A stretch of 64,000 bases of DNA from Actinomycetota bacterium (GTDB lineage Bacteria > Actinomycetota > Actinomycetes > S36-B12): positions 2,487 to 66,486 of the forward strand of contig JAUXRN010000032.1 of NCBI GenBank assembly GCA_030681835.1, read 5' to 3'. Shown piece after piece: positions 10,706 to 20,392 of this stretch (positions are counted from its first letter, which is position 1; each line of letters opens with the position of its first letter). The translations under genes and the position numbers were made by a program. Under the pieces are notes generated by a model, which saw only the letters and a list, made by a program, of their open reading frames with translations, was not told the origin of the DNA and searched no databases.

Positions 10706-11497
10706 TCAGGCCGTCCGCAGGTGCACTTCGATGCTGTACAGACTTGCGACGTACACATGGTCGCCATACTCCACGATTCGGCCGCGGTCGTCATGCGTCG
10801 TGCGCTGCACGGTCAGGAGGGCGGTGCCCTTCGGCTGTTCGAGCAGTCGTGCCTCGCCGACCGTGGCGCTCCTTGCACCGATGGCCTGTGTTGCGGAGTG
10901 CAGCGTGATCCCGGAGCTTCGAAAGCGTTGGTAGAGACCACCGCCCTCGAGGGCGGCGGGGTCCAGCTCGATGATGCTGACGGGGATGGCGTTGGTCATG
11001 CGAGCGATCGGTACCCCTCCGGCGGACCGAACTCTTTCCAGATTCGTTACTGCGTCGCCGGGGGCGACCCCAAGGAGAATCGCGGTGTTGGAGTCGGCCT
11101 CGACGACCTCCATCCGCACAAGACGGGTCGTCGGAGTCCGACCGGATCTCTCAAGGTCGTCATACAGACTCGTGAGCTCGAGTGGCCGATGCACCTTTGG
11201 TTGAACAACGCGAGTGCCGATCCCCCGTCTGCGAACGATGAGACCCTGCTCCACGAGATACTGCATGGCCTGGCGCATCGTCGGCCGAGAGAGCGACAGC
11301 CTGTCGGCCAACTCAATCTCATTGCTGAACTGGCTGCCCGGGGGAATCTCTCCGCACGTGATCGCGGCCTGCAGGGCCTGAGCGACCTGGAAGTAGAGCG
11401 GTACGGGGCTGGACCTGTCCAAGTCCATGCGCGCCAGGACGTCGTCGATGTCGACCGGGACTAGGCGCTGCTGCGGTCGGACCGGGACGGCTTTCAT
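10706..11497 (-). CDS. GntR/HutC-family regulator with UTRA domain (IolR-like by context)
   Basis: It has the wHTH PLYFQVAQALQAAI...LSLSRPTMRQAMQYLVEQGLIVRRRGIGTRV and a C-terminal UTRA-like domain. It is divergent from iolA. Start at MKAVPV is uncertain. Confidence 0.8.
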   Translation of the reverse strand: MKAVPVRPQQRLVPVDIDDVLARMDLDRSSPVPLYFQVAQALQAAITCGEIPPGSQFSNEIELADRLSLSRPTMRQAMQYLVEQGLIVRRRGIGTRVVQPKVHRPLELTSLYDDLERSGRTPTTRLVRMEVVEADSNTAILLGVAPGDAVTNLERVRSAGGVPIARMTNAIPVSIIELDPAALEGGGLYQRFRSSGITLHSATQAIGARSATVGEARLLEQPKGTALLTVQRTTHDDRGRIVEYGDHVYVASLYSIEVHLRTA

Positions 11498-11540
11498 GCG
11501 CACAGCCTGCCAGTACTTAGGGCGAAAGTCCGATGAACCT

Positions 11541-11565
11541 AATGTCAGGACAAAGTATTGACATT
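11541..11565. promoter_or_regulatory. inverted repeat AATGTCA-N11-TGACATT in GntR/iolA divergent promoter, candidate operator
   Basis: Read directly. It sits in a locally AT-richer stretch between 11497 and 11672. Confidence 0.3.
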
Positions 11566-11671
11566 CGATAGCTCGACACTGTTTAGTGAGGCTTCCACCC
11601 GAGGTCGCGGTGCGGCGTCCGTGCCTGTCGTGCGGATGCCTTGAGATGGCGCCGCACGGAAGGAAGATGTC

Positions 11672-13171
11672 GTGACCACGATCGACCACTGGATCGGTGG
11701 CCGGACCGCCAGCGGCATGTCGCAGCGGACCAGCACCGTGTTCAACCCTGCAACGGGGGCGCCGTCCGCGGAGCTGCGCCTAGCGTCGGCATCGGACGTC
11801 GCAGACGCCGTGGGTGTCGCGGAAGCGGCGTTCGAGGGCTGGGCGCAGTCTTCGATCTCCAAGCGGGCGAAGGTGCTCTTCGCATTCCGTGAACTGGTGA
11901 ACAACCATGTCGACGAGTTGGCGGCGTTGATCGTGGATGAGCACGGCAAGGTGTTCAGCGACGCGCAGGGAGAGGTCCAGCGCGGACTGGAGGTCATCGA
12001 GTTCGCCTGCGGTATCCCCAGCTTGCTCAAGGGCGACTACAGCGACCAGGTCTCCAGTGGAGTCGATACCTTCTCTTTCCGCGAGCCGCTTGGTGTCGTC
12101 GCTGGCATCACGCCGTTCAACTTCCCCGTCATGGTCCCGATGTGGATGTACCCGGTGGCCATCGCCTGTGGCAACACTTTCATCCTCAAGCCCTCAGAGC
12201 GGGATCCGTCCGCATCGATGCTGGTTGCTGACCTCTGGCAGCGTGCTGGACTGCCGGACGGCGTCTTCAACGTCGTCCACGGCGACAAGGTGGCCGTCGA
12301 CGCACTCCTGGATGACCCGCGGGTCGCGGCCGTGTCGTTCGTCGGGTCGACGCCGATTGCCCAGTACATTCATGAGCGCGGCAGCGCCAACGGCAAGCGC
12401 GTGCAGGCGCTCGGCGGAGCCAAGAACCACGCCATCGTCATGCCCGACGCGGGCATCGACTTCGCGGCCGACCACCTTTCGGCTGCTGCATTCGGCTCGG
12501 CTGGCGAGCGCTGCATGGCGATTTCCGTAGCCGTTGCGCTGGGGTCGGCGGCGGATGCAATCGTCGAGGCGGTCACCGCCAGGGCGCTCGCTGTGAAGGT
12601 GGGCAACGGCCACGACGCGTCGCGCGAGATGGGTCCCGTCGTGTCGGCGGCCGCCCAGCAACGCATCAAGCGGCTGATCGGCACCGGAGAGGCACAGGGC
12701 GCACGCATCGCGGTCGACGGTCGTGACCTCGTGGTACCCGGCTACGAGAATGGGTTCTTCGTCGGACCGACGGTCCTGGACGACGTCACGACAAAGATGG
12801 ACGTGTACCAGGAGGAGATCTTCGGCCCGGTCTTGTCGGTCGTGCGCGCGGACAACATCGATGATGCGATCGCCATTATCAATGCGAATCCCTTCGGCAA
12901 CGGCACCGCCATCTTCACTGCCAGTGGTGAGTCCGCCCGACGATTCCAGCGGGGGGTTCACGTGGGGATGATCGGGATCAATGTTCCTGTTCCTGTGCCG
13001 ATGGCCTTCTACTCGTTTGGTGGCTGGAAGAACTCGTTGTTCGGTGACAAGCACGTGCACGGTCCCGAGGGCGTGTCGTTCTACACCCGTGCCAAGGTCG
13101 TCACAAGCCGCTGGCCTGAGGTGGCGGCATCGGCCGGTGCCAACTTCAACTTCAGTACTACAGCCCGCTGA
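11672..13171 (+). CDS. iolA: CoA-acylating methylmalonate-semialdehyde dehydrogenase
   Basis: 499 aa aldehyde dehydrogenase with ITPFNFPVMVPMWM, a FILKPSERDP core and a catalytic Cys region GERCMA. GTG start. Confidence 0.9.
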   Translation: MTTIDHWIGGRTASGMSQRTSTVFNPATGAPSAELRLASASDVADAVGVAEAAFEGWAQSSISKRAKVLFAFRELVNNHVDELAALIVDEHGKVFSDAQGEVQRGLEVIEFACGIPSLLKGDYSDQVSSGVDTFSFREPLGVVAGITPFNFPVMVPMWMYPVAIACGNTFILKPSERDPSASMLVADLWQRAGLPDGVFNVVHGDKVAVDALLDDPRVAAVSFVGSTPIAQYIHERGSANGKRVQALGGAKNHAIVMPDAGIDFAADHLSAAAFGSAGERCMAISVAVALGSAADAIVEAVTARALAVKVGNGHDASREMGPVVSAAAQQRIKRLIGTGEAQGARIAVDGRDLVVPGYENGFFVGPTVLDDVTTKMDVYQEEIFGPVLSVVRADNIDDAIAIINANPFGNGTAIFTASGESARRFQRGVHVGMIGINVPVPVPMAFYSFGGWKNSLFGDKHVHGPEGVSFYTRAKVVTSRWPEVAASAGANFNFSTTAR

Positions 13172-14166
13172 TGGCGAAGCCAAAGGAGAGGAGGGACGTG
13201 ACGGACGAACTTGACGTTCTGGCGGTCGGGCGAGTGAGCGTGGACCTCTACCCCGAGCAGTCCGGGGTACGGCTCGCTGATGTCAGAACCTTTGCCAAGT
13301 CGCTCGGCGGCACGGCGACCAACGTTGCTGTGGCGGCGTCGCGACTGGGGCACAGGTCAGCGGTATTGACGAAAGTCGGCGCCGACGGTTTCGGTGACTA
13401 CGTTCGAAGCGCGCTGACCGAGTTCGGGGTAGATGCTGCATACGTGTCGACGGCGGTGGGCCTGAACACTCCTGTGGTGTTCTGCGAGCTGTTCCCTCCG
13501 GAGGATCCGCCCCTGCTCTTCTACCGGGCACCAGCGGCACCGGACCAGATGCTCGTGCCCTCGGACGTTCCGTGGGACCTGGTCACAACGGTGCCCGTGC
13601 TCTGGGTAACAGGCACGGGCGTGTGCCAGGACCCGGCTCGCTCGACTCAACACGACATGCTCGCCCGTCGCGGTCGCCCATCTGCCGGCTCGGGGCGCCA
13701 CACGGTGCTCGACCTCGACTGGCGTCCCTCATTCTGGTCCTCGGCGGAGGAAGCCCGGGAGCAGTACGAGCGAATGCTCCCCTTTGCCACGGTCGCGGTC
13801 GGAAATAGGGCCGAGGTCGAGGTCGCGGTTGGCACCAGCGACCCGGAAGAGGCGGCTCGGCGCCTACTCGACTGCGGAGTCGAGCTCGTCCTGGTCAAGA
13901 AGGGCGCTGATGGCGTCCTTGTGGCCTCCCCCTCCGAGATGGTGACCGTCCCGCCCCACCTTGTGAAGGTCCTGTGCGGACTGGGAGCCGGCGACGCCTT
14001 CGGCGGAGCCCTCATTCACGGTCTACTCACCGGCCTTTCTCCCGAACGCACCGCTGCCCTGGCCAACGCGGCCGGCGCGATCGTCGCCTCGCGGCTGGCA
14101 TGTGCCGATGCCATGCCCACTCTGTCCGAGCTCGACGCTCTCGGGTCAGCACCACGGACGATCTGA
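13171..14166 (+). CDS. iolC: 5-dehydro-2-deoxygluconokinase (PfkB family)
   Basis: PfkB kinase pattern with GAGDAFGGALIHGL near the C-terminus. Its ATG overlaps the iolA TGA. Confidence 0.8.
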   Translation: MAKPKERRDVTDELDVLAVGRVSVDLYPEQSGVRLADVRTFAKSLGGTATNVAVAASRLGHRSAVLTKVGADGFGDYVRSALTEFGVDAAYVSTAVGLNTPVVFCELFPPEDPPLLFYRAPAAPDQMLVPSDVPWDLVTTVPVLWVTGTGVCQDPARSTQHDMLARRGRPSAGSGRHTVLDLDWRPSFWSSAEEAREQYERMLPFATVAVGNRAEVEVAVGTSDPEEAARRLLDCGVELVLVKKGADGVLVASPSEMVTVPPHLVKVLCGLGAGDAFGGALIHGLLTGLSPERTAALANAAGAIVASRLACADAMPTLSELDALGSAPRTI

Positions 14167-14194
14167 TGGCGAAGCCGATCACGAGGAGCACGTC

Positions 14195-15115
14195 ATGACC
14201 GATCACATCATCGATGAGAGGTGGTGCGAGCTCCTGGAAACCCGGGCGACGAACCCCGGCGCCATCGCCGAGGCCTACGCCCGGCGCGCTCGGCCAGAAG
14301 GACTTCTATCCGATCGCGGGACGATCTTCCTGGTCGCCGCGGACCACCCCGCGCGAGGCTCCCTCAGTACTGGGGGCGACCCCATGGCGATGGCTGATCG
14401 ACGATCCCTGCTTGAGCGTCTAGTGACCGCGCTCGCGGACCCGGAGGTCGACGGGGTGCTCGGCTCACCTGACGTCGTTGAGGAACTCCTCCTCCTGGGG
14501 GCGCTTGAAGGCAAGGTCGTCATCGGATCGATGAACCGGGGTGGCCTTGACGGAGCCTCGTGGACGTTGGACGATCGATTCACCGGCTACGACGCAGCCT
14601 CCATCGCCGCTGACGGCTTGCAAGGCGGGAAGATGCTGTTGCGCATCGAGGACGAAGCCGAAGGTGTGGCGCGCACGATCGAGGCCTGCTCGTCGGCGGT
14701 GACCGAACTCGCGCGGCATGGATTGATGGCGATGGTCGAGCCGCTCCCGTACCAGTGGGACGGTGAGGGCCAGTTGCGCCTGCTCAACGACACTCGATCG
14801 CTCGCACGCGCGATCACCATCGGTTCCGCACTGGGGAACACCAGTGCCTACACCTGGCTGAAGATGCCATCGTGCGCAGATCCGGAGGCGGTCTTCGGCG
14901 CGACGACCCTGCCGTGCGTCGTCCTCGGAGGCATACCGGGCCAGGACCCAGGTGCGGACCTGGTCTCCTGGGGTCGAAGCCTGACCCAGCCCACAGTGCG
15001 CGGCCTGGTTGTCGGCCGAGCATTGCTGTATCCCCGCGACGGCGACGTCGCCGCCGCCGTCTCTGCCGCGGCCCGTGTCCTGCGCGCAGCGCAGGACACC
15101 GAGGTCCCCGCGTGA
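14195..15115 (+). CDS. DhnA-type class I aldolase-like (beta/alpha)8 protein, probable 5-dehydro-2-deoxyphosphogluconate aldolase
   Basis: Start at MTDHIIDER, preceded by GAGGAG. It is the family usually found between iolC and iolB in actinobacterial iol clusters. The function is inferred from context. Confidence 0.65.
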   Translation: MTDHIIDERWCELLETRATNPGAIAEAYARRARPEGLLSDRGTIFLVAADHPARGSLSTGGDPMAMADRRSLLERLVTALADPEVDGVLGSPDVVEELLLLGALEGKVVIGSMNRGGLDGASWTLDDRFTGYDAASIAADGLQGGKMLLRIEDEAEGVARTIEACSSAVTELARHGLMAMVEPLPYQWDGEGQLRLLNDTRSLARAITIGSALGNTSAYTWLKMPSCADPEAVFGATTLPCVVLGGIPGQDPGADLVSWGRSLTQPTVRGLVVGRALLYPRDGDVAAAVSAAARVLRAAQDTEVPA

Positions 15116-16074
15116 ACCTGCATCGGCCCTTCCCCGAGGCGCGCGGTTCTACACCCGGGCTCGTCGTCGACATCTCGCCCGCCTCAGCTGGGTGGGAGTT
15201 CTGCGGCCTGACGGTGCTCGAGCTGCAGGCTGGTGTACCTCAAGACATCGTCACCGGCGACAGCGAGTACTTCGTACTCCCATTGCAGGCAGGGTTGCGA
15301 GTCGACGTCATGGCGGTGTCGGAACCCGACACGATCGAAGACACGTTCGAACTCCAGGGACGGGCCCACGTGTTCGACCGCATAACTGACTTCTGCTACG
15401 CCGGCCGGGATTCCATCGTACGACTCACCAGCGACCTTCCCGCCGTGGTCGCACTCCCGAACGCACGCTGCAGCACTCGGCTTTCCCCGCGCTACGGTCC
15501 TGCAGAAGGCGTGCCTGTTGAGGTCCGTGGAGCGGGAGAGGCGACCCGGCAGGTGACCAACTTCGGCGTCCCGGGCGTATGGGACCACGTAGAGAAGCTC
15601 ATTTGTTGCGAACTCATCACGCCCGCCGGAAACTGGTCGAGCTATCCACCCCACAAGCACGACCCCACGGCGCCATGCCCCGTGGTCAATGAGGAGATCT
15701 ACTACTACCGAATCTCCGGCGCTGACGGCGTGACTCCTGACCGCGGCGGGGTCGGCTATCACCGCTCCTACACGACCGGCGAGCACGAGGTCGCCGGACT
15801 GGCGAGCATTGACGTCATGCTGGAAGTACGCGACCACGACGTGGTCCTGGTTCCTCACGGCTACCACGGCCCGTGCATTGCGGACCCGAGCTACTCGATG
15901 TATTACCTGAACGTGATGGCCGGCCCCGCACCTGGCCGTGCCCTGAATGCGTGCGACGACCCGCCGCACGCCTGGATCAGGGATTCGTGGAGTGGGGCAA
16001 ATCCCGATCCACGCGTTCCCGTCACGTCGGCCGACGGTCGATGCGACCCGCATCGAACCGGGAGCCTGCGATGA
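15112..16074 (+). CDS. iolB: 5-deoxy-glucuronate isomerase
   Basis: Cupin core with NWSSYPPHKHD...EEIYYYR...HGYHGP. The GTG start overlaps the upstream TGA (GTGA). Confidence 0.85.
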   Translation: MNLHRPFPEARGSTPGLVVDISPASAGWEFCGLTVLELQAGVPQDIVTGDSEYFVLPLQAGLRVDVMAVSEPDTIEDTFELQGRAHVFDRITDFCYAGRDSIVRLTSDLPAVVALPNARCSTRLSPRYGPAEGVPVEVRGAGEATRQVTNFGVPGVWDHVEKLICCELITPAGNWSSYPPHKHDPTAPCPVVNEEIYYYRISGADGVTPDRGGVGYHRSYTTGEHEVAGLASIDVMLEVRDHDVVLVPHGYHGPCIADPSYSMYYLNVMAGPAPGRALNACDDPPHAWIRDSWSGANPDPRVPVTSADGRCDPHRTGSLR

Positions 16075-17987
16075 CCTCGAAAAGCATTCGACTGAGCACC
16101 GCTGAAGCCCTCGTCAAGTGGATGACGGCCCAGCGAGCCGAGCTGCTCGACGGGACCGAGGTGCCGCTGTTCGCGGGAGTCTTCGCGATCTTCGGCCACG
16201 GCAACGTACTCGGGCTCGGCACGGCCCTCCATGAGGTGCGGGACACCCTGCCCACGTGGCGTGGCCAGACCGAGGAAGGTATGGCGCTGGCCGCGGTGGC
16301 ATATGCGCGCGCCATGGACCGCAGACAGGTGATGGCTGCGACGTCTTCGGTTGGCCCGGGAGCGCTGAATATGGTCACTGCCGCGGGTGTTGCCCATGCA
16401 AACCGGCTGCCCATCCTCTTGCTCCCGGGCGACACGTTCACCGGACGTGGACCTGACCCGGTGCTGCAGCAGGTCGAGCACTACGGCGATCCGACGATAA
16501 CGGCCAACGATGCGTTCAGACCCGTGAGCCGCTACTTCGATCGAATCACCAAGCCCGAGCAGCTTCTGTCGTCGCTGCCCCAGGTGGCTCGCGTTCTCAC
16601 CGACCCTGTCGACGCGGGGCCGGTTGTCCTCGCGTTACCGCAGGACGTACAGGTAGAGGAGTTCGACTTCCCGCGAGGAATGTTCGAGGTCCGCGTTCAT
16701 CGAGTACCACGCACCCGGCCGGACGAGCAGCAGCTGGGCCACGCGGCTCGACTCCTTCGCACCAGCGAGCGACCGCTCCTTATCCTCGGGGGAGGCGTCC
16801 GATACTCCGGCGCGAATCTCGAAGTGATCTCATTCGCGGAAACGCACGGGATCCCGATCGTCGACACAGTCGCCGGACGAACCCTGATCGACCACGATCA
16901 CCCGTTGTACGCCGGGCCGCTCGGCATTATCGGCTCCTCGTCGGCCAATGTGATGGCGCGCGACACCGATGTGGTTCTCGCGGTCGGCACTCGCCTCCAG
17001 GACTTCATGACCTCGTCCTGGACAGCGTTCGCCCCGGACGTTCGTATCCTCGCGGTGAACGCAGCCGGGTTCGACGCTGTCAAGCACTCCGCCCTCAGCA
17101 TCGTCGGCGACGCGCGGGCCGCGGTGACCGAACTGCACGCCCAACTCAACGGGTGGGCCGCGGCGGCAGCGTGGACCCAAGCTGCTCGGAGTGGGCGTGC
17201 GGAGTGGGATCTGCATGTGGACTCGTTGCGCGACGGGGCCGCCGCTGACGGCTCTCTGACTTACGCGCAGGTACTTGGCGCTGTCAACGACGCAAGCACA
17301 CCGGATGACTACCTCGTCGGGGCCTCCGGTGGCTTTCCGGGTGAGATCCATGGTGGCTGGCGATCCGCAGCCTCTGCGCGCACCACCACATCCGGATCCA
17401 CGATGGACCTTGAGTATGGGTTCTCGTGCATGGGCTACGAGATCGCCGGTGCCTGGGGCGCGGCGATGGCGCGAGCAGCCACGCACGCGGGTGGGATTGT
17501 CACGACGCTGCTCGGCGACGGCTCGTACCTCATGCTGAACAGTGAGTTGTATTCAGCAGCCTTCTCCGGCCATCCGTTCGTCGCCATAGTCTGCGACAAC
17601 GGCGGCTTCGCGGTGATTCACCGGCTGCAGACTAATCAGGGTGCGACAGGGTTCAACAACCTGCTCGCTGACTGTTCCGGGCCCGGCGCGGACGGCGGCG
17701 GGCTGCGAGTCGACTTCGCCATGCACGCCCGTTCACTCGGCTGCCTAGTTGAGGACGTGCCGTCAGGTGGCTCACTCGAGGACTTCCGAGCCGCGTACGA
17801 CCGGGCGCGAGCGGCGGTTGCGACAGGCAAAGGTCCTGTCGTAGTGATCTGCCGGACGCACCCGTCCACGTGGACGGACTCGGGGGCCTGGTGGGAGGTC
17901 GGTGTGCCGGTATCGCTCAGCGGTCGTGCGGCGTTCGAGGCGGGCAAGGTCCAACAGCTTCGTTGGGTTTCGGACTCGGGTTCCTGA
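16071..17987 (+). CDS. iolD: 3D-(3,5/4)-trihydroxycyclohexane-1,2-dione acylhydrolase (ThDP-dependent)
   Basis: ThDP enzyme pattern (GHGNVLGLG, GPGALN, LLGDGSYLM...N). ATGA overlap with iolB. Confidence 0.9.
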   Translation: MTSKSIRLSTAEALVKWMTAQRAELLDGTEVPLFAGVFAIFGHGNVLGLGTALHEVRDTLPTWRGQTEEGMALAAVAYARAMDRRQVMAATSSVGPGALNMVTAAGVAHANRLPILLLPGDTFTGRGPDPVLQQVEHYGDPTITANDAFRPVSRYFDRITKPEQLLSSLPQVARVLTDPVDAGPVVLALPQDVQVEEFDFPRGMFEVRVHRVPRTRPDEQQLGHAARLLRTSERPLLILGGGVRYSGANLEVISFAETHGIPIVDTVAGRTLIDHDHPLYAGPLGIIGSSSANVMARDTDVVLAVGTRLQDFMTSSWTAFAPDVRILAVNAAGFDAVKHSALSIVGDARAAVTELHAQLNGWAAAAAWTQAARSGRAEWDLHVDSLRDGAAADGSLTYAQVLGAVNDASTPDDYLVGASGGFPGEIHGGWRSAASARTTTSGSTMDLEYGFSCMGYEIAGAWGAAMARAATHAGGIVTTLLGDGSYLMLNSELYSAAFSGHPFVAIVCDNGGFAVIHRLQTNQGATGFNNLLADCSGPGADGGGLRVDFAMHARSLGCLVEDVPSGGSLEDFRAAYDRARAAVATGKGPVVVICRTHPSTWTDSGAWWEVGVPVSLSGRAAFEAGKVQQLRWVSDSGS

Positions 17988-17988
17988 C

Positions 17989-19149
17989 ATGCGTACGCAC
18001 CGCAGGTTTGGCGTCGGGATCATCGGCGCGGGATGGCTCGGCGATGTGCACGCCCGGGCTTGGACCCGGCTGAGCCACCACTACCCCGAACTCGGCCTGA
18101 CTCCGGACTTGGTTGCCGTGGCCGACCCGTCGGAAGCTGCGCGTCGTAACGCCATCGATAGGCACGGTTTTCACCGTGCGTACGAAGACCCGTACGAACT
18201 CATCGCCGACCCCCGGGTCGATGTGGTCAGCGTGACAGCCCCCAACCTGCTGCACCGTGATCTCGGGGTTGCGGTGGCTCGTTCGGGCAAGCATCTATGG
18301 ATCGAGAAGCCGGTCGGTCTGACAGCCGACGATGCGCGCGCCGTCCGCGACGCGGTCGCGGACGCTGGTGTTCACGCTGTCGTCGGCTTCAACTATCGCG
18401 CCGTCCCTGGAATTGTCGCTCTCCGCGAACTCGTGGCGACTGCCCAGATCGGACGGCCGACACACGCACGAATCCGCATGCTTACCGACTACGCCGCACA
18501 TCCCCTTGCGCCGCTCAGCTGGCGATACACCTTGGCCGAGGGCGGGCATGGAGTCCTTGCGGATCTGGCCTCGCACGCGGTCGACCTCATCCGGCATGTA
18601 CTTGGTGGCATCGCCAGTCTTGTTGCCGTGACCGGTGTTTTCGTCCCGCAGCGGCCCCTTGCGCCAGAAGGAGCAGCCCACTATTCGCTAGCGGAGGCAG
18701 GTTCGCCGTTCGGGGAGGTCGAGAATGAGGACTACGTCTGCGCGCTGCTTCGCACCGTCGATGGCGTCCTGGTTACGCTCGAGTGCAGCAGGGTGGCGGT
18801 GGGCGAGCAAAACAACTACGGGCTGGAGATCCATGGCTCTCAGGGCCTGGTCTCCTGGGACTTTCGCACTCCTGGGGAGATTCTGCGTTCCGTCGGTGTC
18901 GGGTATTCCAATCAGCCGGTTGAGCGTTACCTGACAGGACCCATCGACGGCGACTACGGGCGCTTTCAACCTGGTGCGGGCATCGCGATGAGCTACGACG
19001 ACACAAAGGTCATCGAGCTCGCCCAGTTGGCCGGCGCGGTGCTGGGCGGGCCGACGGACGGTCCGACCCTTGACGACGCGATTGCGTCCGCGATCGTCCT
19101 GGAGGCCCTGGTGCGCTCGGCACAGGCCAAGGCATGGATTGACCTGTGA
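17989..19149 (+). CDS. Gfo/Idh/MocA-family oxidoreductase (second inositol dehydrogenase-like)
   Basis: GVGIIGAGWLGDVH Rossmann motif and EKP motif (WIEKPVG). Last gene of the iol plus-strand operon. Confidence 0.8.
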   Translation: MRTHRRFGVGIIGAGWLGDVHARAWTRLSHHYPELGLTPDLVAVADPSEAARRNAIDRHGFHRAYEDPYELIADPRVDVVSVTAPNLLHRDLGVAVARSGKHLWIEKPVGLTADDARAVRDAVADAGVHAVVGFNYRAVPGIVALRELVATAQIGRPTHARIRMLTDYAAHPLAPLSWRYTLAEGGHGVLADLASHAVDLIRHVLGGIASLVAVTGVFVPQRPLAPEGAAHYSLAEAGSPFGEVENEDYVCALLRTVDGVLVTLECSRVAVGEQNNYGLEIHGSQGLVSWDFRTPGEILRSVGVGYSNQPVERYLTGPIDGDYGRFQPGAGIAMSYDDTKVIELAQLAGAVLGGPTDGPTLDDAIASAIVLEALVRSAQAKAWIDL

Positions 19150-19465
19150 TTGCGCACACTCGATTCGATTGTTCTTCGGCGTGTTTCTGGGTTGCTGCCC
19201 GGATGGGACTGACGTGCCTGAGTGCGTGGGCGGTCGTTCGCCAGTCCATTGCCGGCATGGACTTCTCGGAATGATGAGCGGTTCCCACGAATTGCCCGGC
19301 GGGTTCGGGGACCTCAGAGTGGTGACTTCTCCGCAATGTCGGACAACTCGTCATTGTTGTCACCTTGCTGGAGAGTGAGGATTGAAGGCGTCACTCGATC
19401 ATTCGGGCGCGAGCACCAAGCGAAGCTTGCGAAGAAGCAGATAACTGGACACATTCCCGACTGCC

Positions 19466-19552
19466 GCGCGCACCTGGACGACTGCACCCAGCAAAGCTTG
19501 GATCCCGTGGGACATCGGGTCACTATCCTGCCCATCAGCATGGGCGGTGCTA
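19466..19552 (+). pseudogene. remnant of the 3' end of a DUF5615/PIN-like toxin gene
   Basis: It translates to RAHLDDCTQQSLDPVGHRVTILPISMGGA, compared with RTHLETGALVTVDPVGHRVTVLPISMGGA at the end of the intact gene (22571-22948). No N-terminal part and no partner antitoxin are present. Confidence 0.45.
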
Positions 19553-19598
19553 ATGTCCACGCGCCGACGCGATCGAATCTACGCATGGACGCCCACCC
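19501..19598 (+). repeat. 98-nt degenerate direct repeat, copy A
   Basis: Hand alignment to 22895-22992 gives 76/98 identities without gaps, including a 24-nt perfect block TCCTGCCCATCAGCATGGG and ATCTACGCATGGA. Confidence 0.6.
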
Positions 19599-19627
19599 GG
19601 AGGCCCTGAAGTCGTGCGTGAGTCACG

Positions 19628-20317
19628 TCACAGGTCTGCGTCACGAGCTGACCGGCGGCCTCCAGGCAGCCCCAAGAGGTCTGCGATGCGTGCCAGGATC
19701 GGCTCGCGCTCGCTGTCGTTGTGTGCCGCCGGGAAGCGATTGCCCTCGAGCGCGAGAGCTCCGTAGACGGGCTGGAGTCCTTGAATCAGACGAGTCACAT
19801 TGCGCAAGGCGGTGTCGTGCGGAAGGTCGATCCAGCGGAATCCCTTTCGTGCGCTCGTCACGCCCTCGTCCCAGGAGCGAAAGTTCGCGTGTTCTGCAAC
19901 TCGGTCCTTCTTCGCTTGGGTCCTTCGTCGTCCTTCTAGGCGCTTGGTCGCGGTTTCGGGACTTACCTCTAGGAGGATGCATGACGGATCAACACGCTCT
20001 CGGAAGGCGGCGAGTTCAGGGTTGCGGGATGGCGCCACGAGCCACGGGCCCGCAGCGATAAGGACGGCATCGTCACTACGCAGCTGGGAGCTTAGAAACT
20101 CGCGCTCCAAGCGGGCTATCTCGACGAGGGCCGCTTCGCGGCCAAGTTTGAGAAACAGCCCGTAGATGTGTTTCCCGATCATGTTGTCCTGGTGCTGGGC
20201 CGCAATCCAATCGTCGGAGTCCAAGGTCGTGATGTCAGACCCCCATCGCTTGCGCGCCGCGGCTGCGACGTTGGATTTCCCGGCGCAGGAGAAGCCGATC
20301 AGCACGACGGTGGGCAT
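19628..20317 (-). CDS. P-loop NTPase, shikimate-kinase-like fold with C-terminal extension
   Basis: Walker A is GFSCAGKS directly after the start (MPTVVLIGFSCAGKS). An LDSDD motif sits where shikimate kinases have DTD. ILLEVSPETATKRL resembles the SK lid region, but the SK GGG motif is absent. An alternative GTG start lies at 20365. Confidence 0.6.
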   Translation of the reverse strand: MPTVVLIGFSCAGKSNVAAAARKRWGSDITTLDSDDWIAAQHQDNMIGKHIYGLFLKLGREAALVEIARLEREFLSSQLRSDDAVLIAAGPWLVAPSRNPELAAFRERVDPSCILLEVSPETATKRLEGRRRTQAKKDRVAEHANFRSWDEGVTSARKGFRWIDLPHDTALRNVTRLIQGLQPVYGALALEGNRFPAAHNDSEREPILARIADLLGLPGGRRSARDADL

Positions 20318-20392
20318 GGGACCAGCCTGACAGCCGGATCCTGCCGAGAGAGTAAGAATACTCACTCAGACGTTGGAGAATGGGGGTGGACT

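Noticed and set aside
14872-15111. The 80-codon N-terminal extension of the iolB ORF containing a run of nine Arg. Similar long N-terminal extensions occur on the raw ORFs for iolD (15873), HK (52662), MMPL (to 53363), acetaldehyde dehydrogenase (to 33218) and the LLM oxidoreductase (to 35134).
   Set aside because: These extensions overlap the preceding genes and lack family similarity. In each case an internal start with an RBS or a 4-nt stop/start overlap gives a protein of canonical length.
19222-20061. A 279-aa plus-strand ORF spanning the toxin remnant and the antisense of the P-loop gene.
   Set aside because: Only a ~30-aa stretch (the DUF5615 C-terminal relic) has any similarity to a known family. 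The remainder overlaps the better-supported minus-strand P-loop gene and is Arg/Ser-rich low-complexity sequence.
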